Assembly (NCBI GenBank): GCA_030141605.1
Contig: JAQGDQ010000118.1
Span: 1 to 64,000, forward strand
Length of the DNA: 64,000 bases
Direction of reading: 5' to 3'
From: Tubiluchus corallicola
Taxonomy: Eukaryota; Animalia; Priapulida
The notes beneath the pieces were generated by a model, which saw only the letters and a list, made by a program, of their open reading frames with translations, had not been told where the DNA came from and searched no databases. How positions within the stretch are numbered: the stretch's first letter is position 1; each line of letters begins with the position of its first letter. Below are positions 1 through 13,197 of the stretch, one piece after another. Position numbers and translations under genes: made by a program.

Positions 1-663
1 TCTCTCTCTCCCCTCTCTTTTTCTCCCTCTCTCCAGATTTTGCTAGACTTAATCTTGTTTATTTTCATTTAATTCACAGCAAATGTGAAATACAGTTGAT
101 ACGGGCTGAATAAGAGTGAACATTTTATATGCAAGAGAATTTTAAACAGTGACGTAAATTTTCCTTTTGTAATTAGACATCATTGGCGTAGTTTGTTATA
201 TCGTTAATTGTTATTGTTAATTGTTGTGTGAATCAAAATCAGTTCTATAAAACTAGCAAAGACCCCGCAAAAAATTTTGCGTATATATCCACTCATAATC
301 AAAAATACGTGAACATCCTACATAGTCCTCATTATAATGCAAAGCCAGTAGCTTTTACTGAATTAAAGCTATAAGGTTATAGACAGAGTATAATGGATGT
401 CATCAGAACAATGGCTTTGCATCAGCAGTTTTCTAAGCGAAAATTGCCGAAAATAGAACATCTAATTAACTCGTCGCCATTCGTCTTGGTGGACGTGTCC
501 TAAAATATAGCCCACATCATCGTGTAGCCCTGTTCTTCCTCTTTCTAAAAAGCCAAATATCTCCTTTCAAGAGTCCCGCCAGGCAGTAAGTTAATAAAAT
601 TCGAAGCCCACTACTCACCGCAGACAATGCTGTATATTAGCAAACATTTTATAAATTACCTAC

Positions 664-2464
<1,801 letters not shown>

Positions 2465-2506
2465 CTAAACAAAGAAGAAAAAGCAGGGATGAGAATGATA
2501 AATTGC

Positions 2507-3407
2507 AACACACTCACCTTACTTAAATGAAAAAATGATTATAGTTATGCATGCATCTGTAGATAACTTAATGTAAATAAGGATGAAGTAAATGATGTAA
2601 TAATTTGAGTAGTGCGAGGTGAGTGTACGACCACACGGTCATTAACACACTCACCTTACTTAAATGAAAAAATGATTATAAGTTATGCATGCTGCTGTAG
2701 ATAACTTAATGTAAATAAGGATGAAGTAAATGATGTAATAATTTGAGTAGTGCGAGGTGAGTGTACGACCACACGGTCATTAACACACTCACCTTACTTA
2801 AATGAAAAAATGATTATAGTTATGCGTGCTTCTGTAGATAGCTTAATGTAAATAAGGATGAAGTAAATGATGTAATAATTTGAGTAGTGCGAGGTGAGTG
2901 TACGACCATGCGGTCATTAACACACTCACCTTACTTAAATGAAAAAAATGATTACAGTTATGCATGCTTCTGTAGATAACTTAATGTAAATAAGGATGAA
3001 GTAAATGATGTAATAATTTGAGTAATGCGAGGTGAGTGTACGACCACACGGTCATTAACACAATCACCTTACTTAAATGAAAAATGATTATAGTTATGCA
3101 TGCTTCTGTAGATAACTTAATGTAAATAAGGATGAAGTAAATGATGTAATAATTTGAGTAGTGCGAGGTGAGTGTACGACCATGCGGTCATTAACACACT
3201 CACCTTATTTCTAAATGGTGCACGATTATGAAGGCGCATGCTTCTGTAGATAACTTAATGTAAATAAGGATGAAGTAAATGATGTAATAATTTGAGCAGT
3301 GCGAGGTGAGTGTACGACCATACGGTTATTAACACACTCACCTTACTTAAATGAAAAAATGATTATAATTATGCATACTTCTGTAGATAACTTAATGTAA
3401 ATAAGGA
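2507..3407. repeat. ~137-bp tandem repeat, about 6.5 copies
   Basis: CACTCACCTT-type unit starts at 2511, 2648, 2786, 2923, 3061, 3197 and 3335 (period 136-138); units are nearly identical. Confidence 0.97.
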
Positions 3408-3544
3408 GCAATACGTAACTGAACGAAGTACAATGAAGTTATTACGTACGTTTTTAAGAGTTAACAATTTATGAGACTAAGATAGCAGATTGGTTGTAAT
3501 TTATAACTGCTGCAATGCAAAAAAAAATAATTTATGTTTCTTAC

Positions 3545-6500
3545 TTTAAAGTTCAGAAACTCAACCCAGGCATGGGAGAATTGGCGACGACACTCTTTTA
3601 CATTCATCTTTGTTTTGACATTCTCTATTGAAACATGGAAAAAAAGATATTGTACTGCCAGCTTTAAAGTCAAACTAAATCCTCACTATAATATAAGCTT
3701 TTACAACCTAAAATCATACTCTCATTACGAATATTGAATTTATTTTATTATAAACTAACTGTAAAACTTCTTTTGTTTGACTTTTAATCACTTCGTTGTT
3801 AGCAGTATTAAATTTGGATAATTGTCAATTTTCATTGCGCAAGACAAATGACATCATGAGAACAGTCACGAGGTCACTGAAGATTGGTAAATAATCAATG
3901 GTAACCAAAGATGCTTTCTGCACTACATACGTCATTCTTGTTCACTCGCGCCAAAAATGCAAAACATGGCAATCTTTACGGCAATTCACGCGTTCGAAAT
4001 TCCCCCCAAAAAAGCTAAGTTATTTAATTTATAGTTTTCTTTTGTGAGAAAATAACTATGAATTCTTTGTGCAATCATAATAATGCATTAAAAAAATTTC
4101 AATGTCTGTTAGGGTTACATAGGCCTTGAACTCAAAATCCAAAGCTAGCAAATATGTTACTTATCAATAAATAACATGTAGTCTTAATATATGTGATACT
4201 TTTAACAAAACAGAACAAGCACGATGTTACATGTATAATACTTTGGCGACACATCATATAATCCTCAAGCCTATTGAGTGGCGAGCTCAAAGACCTTTTA
4301 AAGCCATTTGCTCTCTTTATTCATTGTCCTACAATATGTTCTCGGACCCATAGACCCTGAAGCATGCGCTGTCCTTTCACCAAAATAGTCAAGTCCTACA
4401 GCCTAAAGCTTTAATAGGCTGAAGTAAAAAATGTCTAGAAGGACTACTGGACCAAAAAAAGTAGAGACAGAATTAACCTTCATCATATTTTTTAGAATTT
4501 CTAAATATTAGTTCAGGCAGTTCAGAACAATCCGGAACGCCAGTACCGATAATGAAAGCACTGAGCATATTTTTTTCAAACGCAGAAACCGATCCTGAAA
4601 CCTAAAAACTTGACAAATCCTTAGATTACAATTTCAAATTTTACTATTCAAGCACGAGCGTAATCGTAATTAGCCAAGGCTATCGTGAGCTCATAGTTAA
4701 TTGCTTAGTTACGCATTCACACAAAGTATATCCAAGAAACAGGTTGGCTGTGAGCATGTAATCCTGAGAAATTAAATTTCAAAAGTAATAATTCTTAAAT
4801 GTAAATCGCTCTTTAAAAATGTTTGCACTCAAGATAGTTAACCCACAGGTCATTTTGAGGCAAGAAAAAAGATGTACAAAGAGTAAGGTACTTATTTTAT
4901 AAACTGCACAACCCATACATAAAGAGGAAAGATTCCGTTCAAATTATAAGTAAAAAATATCAACGTTTTAATAGCAAACCTGATGTTTCAGTTAAACAAT
5001 GTTCCAGCAAATCTGAATCATTTCCAGTAATGGCAACAAGTGACAATAAATTTATTACATTATTCATGTACACATCACTTGACTTGTTCTAAAAAATAAA
5101 ATCGCCAACAAGTAATTAAAAAAATCTTCCGTTTTTCAAGAAAGGCAATAAAAATGTACATTTATTTGAAGTTTTTAGACAGCTTTTTGTAGCCATATTC
5201 ACGGCAAAAGTCTGAATTGCAAATTGCTTAAACAACACCTATTTTTCAAGTCTGAACATTCTTTTAAACGTATTTAATGGTTTATGCTAAATGCTAATAT
5301 CATCACAATGACTATGACACAATGTTTCCTATCTTTTATCATTTATAAATAAAAAAGAATACCTAGCTATAGGATGTGTAAAATCGTAAAGCATAAACAC
5401 ATTAATACTAACAGCAAGAAACAGCAGTAAACACAGGCAATAACTGTGTTGTCATTAAATATTTTTGCTCAAACGTTAACTCAGTGTGTAAATTGATAAG
5501 TGATCATCAAGAAAGCTTTGCTTCATAAGCCATTCTGAACTTTGGCAGTTCAGCAGCTCACCTTAGAAGGCTCCTATCCTTAAGATTCCCATAACCATTG
5601 AACATTAAAGGCAGAACATGCCATTGAGTACAAAATACCAAACTAAATGAAAAATTAATAATTTCTGAGAAAAACTGCAAAAACCAAATTTTTTTACCTG
5701 TTTTTCACTCCCACTAATATATCCCTTTTCATTCAGTAGCCTTAGCACAAAAATTTTAACATCATCATATTCCAGGAACTCTTGGAATCTTGTAATAACT
5801 TTTCTCATGTCATCATTTGTCGACAACAGCTCCTTTAGTATTTTCTAAAAAAAAATGAAGCATCTGACTATAAAGTCAATAAAAAAACAAGTTTAATAAT
5901 TATATTCAAGCATGTTTCACACTTGAATGCGTTACATTGGTATTAATGGCATTACATTTTCGGTTAATAAATAATGAGCTTGAATTTCTGTTAGCATTCA
6001 CAATTAAACAGCTACTCTACGTGTTATAGCGCAGTGAAAGGTAATATTGTAAGCTGAATATTTACATTACTGACAATGATGATATATTATTGCATATTAA
6101 AGAAAAAGTTAATTATTCCACAAACTTAAGCACAAAATTAACAGGCTGCCTGTCACGCCATTATCTTAGTGTTTTTTTAATTGCCAGCACGAGATAACTT
6201 GTAGCTGGCATATGACGTCACATATACCACTTGCCGTTAAAATTATGCCATTTCACGCCAGAGCATATCTGAGAGCACCCAGCCAACTGTCATTAACACA
6301 TTTAGGTGTACTGGCAGAGTACTAAGCTTTTCTGTGCATGGCATCATTTAATCATCAACGAGCATGCTCCTAGTAGCAGTGGGTGACGCACCATCTACCA
6401 GGTGTATACTGGTAGTTGGCAATTAACGTGTTAATGATTGATTGATCGATTGTTTGTGAAGCAAAAAACAGAACTACCTCAATGATGGCCAAACAGTATC

Positions 6501-9500
6501 ATAACAAAACCACTTTCAGTCCAATGCAGATTTCAGAAATATAAGGCAGATAGTGGGTTTTAACTACAAGTACTTACATTCATCAGTACAGTAGGAAAAG
6601 TTGAGGAATTTTCAGGTTTAACAACTAATGGATGGCTTCCTTCTAATTTTACAAACTTCATTAGGGTACATAAAGCCAACTCCTATAATAAACAGACAAC
6701 TTATTATAGTGTCAGTTCGAAGAAAATAAGAAAGGAATAATTTATAATATTTAAAAAATGAACCAAAAATGCTTTAATTTATGTGTAAAAAGTTTGCAGT
6801 AAATACTAATTTGCAGGATAAATGTTTCAAAAGTCAAAAACATAACATGCAAAATATGATTGGTTAATACTGTATTTGAATAAAAATGCAGTGAAATGCA
6901 ATAAACAGAATATTTCATTCACGACCTGAAGCCAAAAGTAAAATTTAATATTAAAAGCAAAATGTAGCAGGAATTAAGCAAACAAGATTCAAACTTTTAA
7001 AAATTTTTCACTCTAATCAGATTTTAGCAACTTCGTGCATTGCAAGATCTTAAGCATCTGGTAGCATACCTTAATGACTCATGATAGGATATTAAATTAT
7101 AAATACTTTTCAGCATATATTTCTAATAAAATATAATTGCTTAAGCTATTGATTTTTTGTGGTTTCTTATGCTAATGGGTAATTATTGGCACATTTTATA
7201 CACGTTATTCATTTTGCATATCTCAGGATACTTTCGGGATCAATAATGAAACATTAAGACTTCCACATGCGAAAAACAAACATCATACAGAGATGGTCAA
7301 AAATTGTTTGTGCTTGAAATATGTACAAAACAAAAACAACAATGTCTTGTTTGACTTGTAGTCTTCTTTTTGGCTGCTACTACTCAGCTGAGCTATCTAA
7401 GTGAATTTTAAAACAAGGGCTAATTTACCACCATGTTTAGTGTCAAAATTGAGAAAATACAGCTACAGTGTTTGCAAGTTTGCTTAGAATTAAAAAAACC
7501 CAAACTTAATAAACTCCTCTCAGAACTTTCCAGTTTTGGTATGAAACTTAATTACCGCCTTCGAAAACACTTTTAAGTAGCTGACTGCTTCTGTAAGACA
7601 AACATTAGAAAAAAATCAATCACAACCATAGCCTGGGTGGAAAAGACCTAGCAGAAACTTTCAAAAAGAAGTGCAAAAATAATTAATGGATTATGACAGA
7701 GATTGCCAGAAGTTTTATAAACCATTGCGGTTTATTTTAGCAATTATTATCCATTGCAGATAATGATCTGGAAAAAGAAAGGAGATGCTGAAAATTGTGA
7801 ATTACAAGGAAGAAATCTCAAGCCTGCTCTGTCACATTGACTGGTAGCTCAGCTGGTAAAGCATGGAAGTACTAATCTTAGATCTCAGGTTCAAATCCCG
7901 TCTTGTAAACAATTATTCAGTGTCTCTTTTCTTTCTCAAACTCATTACCCGAAATGAGTAATAATTGGAAAAATAAACAGCAATGGTTTATAAAAATTCT
8001 GGCAATCAAAGTCACAATTAATTAATGATATCGTTAGGCACCAGCTAATTTGGGAAAGTATTGATACCAGAAGTGCAAAAATGCTAGCAGATTATAATAG
8101 ATCATTTAGAAGAAAGAGCTGGAGAATAATTTGTGTAACTATCCATAACACTGCATTAAGTACATAAAGAATTCAGCACAGATGAGAATTAATAAAATGT
8201 CATAATAATGCATTTAAAATGAGCATGAACATGCAAAGAAGATCTCACACTCAGAATAACTAAATGCTAATACATACTGCAACAGAACTATTATCACTGT
8301 GTAGCAGTTCCAAAAGTTTTTGGATGGATTCTTTATAGCAGTCCTGTAGCCAAACTCTTACTTTTTCCTTGGGTGTAAGATCTAAGAATGTAATAACTCG
8401 ACAGTTAACTTTTTAGTCAAACAATAAAGTAATCAATAATGGTTTTCAACTTGCATAAAATTGTTACAGAAAAGAATGTTATCTTGAAAGATGTATTTAG
8501 AAATCTTGAAAGACATATTTACAAATTTTCAAGTATTACCCCGTAAGATCACGAAACAATGCGATATAATTTCTAGGCGGCTAGTGACAATAAAGTTAAC
8601 AAAAGATTGCATAAGTTGTATAGGAAATAGGACATTTTATTTTTTGTCAAAGTACCAATTAACAGAAATGTTAGAATAAGTGGTGTCTTTTTAAATTAGT
8701 TGCTTTGTCTTCTTGCACATAAATAATATCCATACCTACTTTTTTGTTGTTGTTGTCAGTGTTTAATATTTATTTTACTTTTACTACTAGTCTACAATTT
8801 TTTTTTAATTGAACCACTTATGTAACTCGACTGTAAATATGTGATCGAAAATAAATCGAAACACTATATTTCATGAAATTTTAAACTAATCAGAAATGTA
8901 ATATGAATAATCAGAAACTGTGTATGTGAATAATGGCAAGCCAACATTGCAATAGGATTGTGAAAATTCAAGTATTTAGTTAAAAACATGAAATTTTAAT
9001 AAGCACTGTAATATCACACTTACCCATGTCTACAAGATGCTCAACTGACTTCGACACAACCATGCTGTCATTACCAAGAACATGGGAAAACATTTTATGC
9101 AATGCTTGGATACTCGCTAGCAAAATCTCAGGTCTTTTCTCATCCTTTTAAGAATGTTTAATTTAATGTGAGAACATTAATTTTATACAAGTGTAACAGT
9201 GTGGAAAATTGCAATATATTGAGCCGAATATGCCATAAAATGTAATAATAAAAATATAAGTTAAGGCAAAAGTTTTGACATGTTTAACGTACTGACATGT
9301 ATGTATTAATGCATCTCGTTATAATGTCAACTTTTTTGAAGTCCCAAAATGGGCGGTACAAAGAGGTATGACTGTAGATGCAGCAACCATATTTTGTTTA
9401 ACCGTCTTTTCGATTTTCTACCGCATTAAGTGGGCATTGGCCATTTTTTAGTTAGTTTATTTATTGACATTATAAGATACAAGGAAATTACACTAAAAAC

Positions 9501-11434
9501 TTAACAGTATTACAATAAATGCCCATCTTGTAAATTATAGAGCTGAAGTGTATAACAAATAATAATATCTACTTCGTCATTTAAATAACTTTAAAACTTT
9601 GTACGAAAGCAGCAAAAAGTCAAACATATTATTAAAGGATTGGTTTCTAAAATGTTCAGTAAGCTAACAATTAGCAAAACATGTTCGTCATCTTGTATAT
9701 CTCTGCCAAATATTTAAAGCCTTTAATTATGTAGAATTCTACTTCATCTACCAGTTTCCACTTCTAAACGATGGGATCACAGTCTCATACATGAAGCTGC
9801 TATACTAGAATATTTTACCAAACAAAGATTTGTAGTATACAAAGCACCTATAGATAATTGTGGATTAATCTTCCCGGGATAATACTGCGAAAGCATTTGG
9901 TCTGACCCTTCTTTAGGACCCATCTGAACCTTCACATTTCACATTGGATAAAATTGGTCTCCTGCAACCAGTTACACAACTAGTATTAGTATACATGTGT
10001 GTTCTCTCCTATTCTACTAATTTTAAAACCTTGTTCAACGGGATATTATCTGGTTTATAAGTAAATGCCTTATATAATTTTGATTAAACACACTTAATTG
10101 TTGGTTTAAACATAATTTATTGAAGATGTAACATATAACTAGGTTTGAAACAGACAGTTTTACAACTGATATATGTTCTCCCCTAGTGGGAGGGAACACT
10201 AGACAGATGCAGAACAGTGGTGACCACAATGTACAAAAAATGTTGCAATAAATATGAACATTACTATGTAACAAGAGTAACATAGTTAATACTATTTAAA
10301 GCATTTAGTGTTTGAAATAAAAGACTGTACTAAAAAAAAATTTGAGTGTTCACAAAATTATCTATGGTTCCCATGCAGGACTGTAAACATTGATGTTAAA
10401 ACCTGAAAAAAGAGTGCAGAGATTTGTAAATAAGTCGTGTCTGGCCTGGTGGTAAAGACGACAGTTAAATAAGTAATGACCGACTGTTTCATAAGCAGAG
10501 CCACATTGACAATTAGGTGATACCAGCAAAGCATTTTATTATATATTTTCTGAGGTATAATCGTAATTAAGTTGACAAAAACCAACTCTCATTCTAGTAT
10601 GGTGTACAGATGAATTTCGAGTGCCACTTGAAAAGTAAGCAGGTCACTTATTTAAAACACATGTGATTCTTTAGTTGAGATTCAAAGATGTTTCAAGAGC
10701 TGGAATTACAGATATCAAGAGGTAAATTATTCCAACACTTAACTAATAAGTTTTGAAGAATGGTTTACAATGAACAGATAGATCTAAAACTAGAGAAAAG
10801 ATAGCGAAAATACTATAAAGTCATCTAGTCTGCTATCCTTTGCCGAATATAAATAAAATGATTATTAGACAATGGTGGACATGAAAATTAATGTTGCCAG
10901 TTTAATTTAGGATGTCATTATTAATTTTTAAACTTATGACATTTGCTATATAAATAAGTAATCCAAAGTAAAGAAAATGCACGTATTATGAAGCAGTAGA
11001 CAACAGATATATGTACTGTATATAAGAAATCTGTAAAATCTTTAAATAATTCGATCACAAATAAATGGTAAAACAGAGTTTAAAAATAATTTCTAAATCA
11101 GTAGAATATATTTTGTCCAAAAAGGTGAACGTGAACCGACCGGTATCGGTGAACAGCAAAGTTAATCGGCTCGTAGCCCAAAATTCTGATCGGCTCATCA
11201 CTATAGTGAAGAAGGCCTATATAATTGGTGCTTTGTTATTAGGGAAACCAAACCAACCTGTAAATATAGATGTAAATCAAGCACATTATTAGCATTTTTC
11301 GAATCGCTGACGAACTCCTTTGTTTTCTTCCTTATGTCAGCAATAACTTTTTTTGAGTTGCCTTCTAAAGCATTTATCTCTCTCTGTTCCTCACTTTTTT
11401 TGATGGAGTAAGCATTGCACGTGGACGCCGCCAT
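3545..11434 (-). CDS. NOC4L: Nucleolar complex protein 4 homolog (NOC4L/Noc4), exons 1-7 (~281 aa); C-terminal CBF domain not in window
   Basis: Exons 11434-11258, 9144-9024, 8381-8278, 6682-6578, 5844-5698, 5088-4980 and 3624-3545 splice in frame with GT-AG ends. Peptides KEFVSDSKNANNVLDL, KVRVWLQDCY, ELALCTLMKFVKLEGSHPL, RFQEFLEYDDVK and ECRRQFSHAWVEFLNFK are colinear with remembered human NOC4L (ELALSALLKFVQLEGAHPL, QFREYLDYDDTR, EHRRVFQAMWLSFLKHK). Confidence 0.88.
7681..8025. mobile_element. Foldback/MITE-like element with ~60-70-bp inverted arms and a tRNA-like core
   Basis: Left arm TGACAGAGATTGCCAGAAGTTTTATAAACCATTGCGGTTTATTTT pairs with right arm AAAATAAACAGCAATGGTTTATAAAAATTCTGGCAATCAAAGTCA. 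The core at ~7843-7900 has A-box (TAGCTCAGCTGG) and B-box (GGTTCAAATCC) like motifs. Confidence 0.7.
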
Positions 11435-11582
11435 GTCTGTGAAGTGCTGCGAGAATATTCGCTAAAAAGTTGAAAACTTCATTCAGGTTCAGCTTATTTT
11501 TGACTACTCCTTCTTCAAATTCCAAAATGTAAGTAATAATAAACAACAACAACAACAACAACAATAATAATAATAATAATAA

Positions 11583-11968
11583 TAGGGGTGAGCAATGAAC
11601 GTTTGAGTTCGAACGAATTTTTTAAGTTCGAATTTGATTCGAACCTGAAAATTCGAATAATTCAGCACTTCACAACCACATACGTTCTCTACCATTAAAA
11701 TGTTTGAAACATCATGCAATAGTGCAATTTAGCTGCAATTTCTGTGCAAAATTTTTAAGAAACTAATAGTGGTTTTACTGCAGAACAAAATCAAGTAATA
11801 CGCGTAATCTCCGTAAGACCACTTTTTAGTAATGGTTCTAAAAATCTTTCAAACTCAATTTGAATTCAATTTGAATTCGCAATACTGAAATTTGGTGCGA
11901 TTCGAATTTGAAAGTCGCTAATTCGGTTCGATTCGAATTCACTTTCTAACAGAGAATGCTCACCCATG
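11583..11968. mobile_element. MITE with short TIRs inside an (AAC)n(AAT)n microsatellite
   Basis: GGGTGAGCA ... TGCTCACCC inverted ends, internal TTCGA-rich subterminal repeats, and (AAC)n(AAT)n on both flanks. Confidence 0.6.
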
Positions 11969-11986
11969 AATAACAACAACAACAAC

Positions 11987-12024
<38 letters not shown>

Positions 12025-13197
12025 ATAGAGTCACTTTGGGATTGAAACGTTTTGGCCCAGTTACCAACTGAATCAATTAGCCGGCAGGAGCAAAACAATC
12101 ACAACTATCGAAGTGTGAGTCATCACTCATCATTTTAGTATGCATTGCAAAAGCTTCAAATGCATTTTAGAAATGAATTAATGTTAAAATTTCTATGTGT
12201 AATTATTTATGAATACTAATTTTTGTGAAAGTGAAATTAATAAAAGTAAAAAATAAAAAATCACACAAATCTGATTACTACCATCAAGAAACGCAACTTT
12301 GTTTGTGTCGTTTCTTCACAAAGAAGTTGTTTTATGAGATTCTTATAGTGATAAAACGTTGAACATCTGTTGTTGTATGCTGCACATATTCACGCAAAAC
12401 ACCTAGTCACATAGTGTTTGAGCTCCAGTTGCTGATGACTTTTATGGAGTTTGCACGAAGGCCACATAGGCTGAATTGTATGCAAGACCTATTGTTAGCT
12501 ATTGAGCAAAATATATAACACCTAATTAACAACAATCACGTGTGCCACAGCTAGTTGACTTTGGAACAGGCTAACCCCATTGTGCCAGGTGTCAAACAAA
12601 TTGGTTCTATGCTGCATTAGGAAATCCAAATGTTCATTAGGGTTTGATTCACGCTAATTATTTTGCTCCGCGCTACTTAAAATGCTGCAAAAACACATTA
12701 AATTACCAAGTTATTGGTTTTCGTGATTATGAGTTCAATGTATGTCCGGTATACATGTAAGACAGCAAATAAATATGAGCAGTAAATTGTAGCAAAATTC
12801 GTTAGCTCATCAAGATAACACTTATCTTTTGTTAAACAAGCGCGTCGTGAGAAAAGACACGATAAATTAAGCTAGGAAGTGCACCTGGTTAAAATTGTTG
12901 TTTCAACTTTGTTATGCCAGCTGTATATGGCTTCTTGCAAACAAGCGCGATTCTGACTTCTCGCTTCCTCAGTGATTTTTCGGATTTCGATGTTTGTGTT
13001 GTAATTTTGAAGTGTTGCTGGGTTTTGAACGAGGTTTGGTCTACTGTCTGTGCAATTAAGTTTTATTGTTGTTCTGGTATTTCGGACTTCGTACCTGTTT
13101 TGCTTTAAGAACAATTCTATTTAGAATTCGTAACTTCACATTTTCGGTGCTTTCAATATTAAGTTATTCCAACAATAAACAAATGTTTTAGAAAAAC

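Noticed and set aside
500-600. Possible last SMC5 exon (LLPG... / RKRKNRATR*)
   Set aside because: No AG acceptor before LLPG, the two pieces are in different frames, and the conserved middle is absent.
2507-3407. CRISPR-like array
   Set aside because: Eukaryotic context, and whole units are repeated with no unique spacers.
7505-7590. Apparent broken NOC4L exon 4, suggesting a pseudogene
   Set aside because: The true, intact exon 4 (ELALCTLMKFVKLEGSHPL...) is at 6682-6578, so this acceptor-like stretch is intronic.
7843-7905. tRNA gene
   Set aside because: A and B boxes are present but the acceptor and anticodon stems do not pair; SINE-like.
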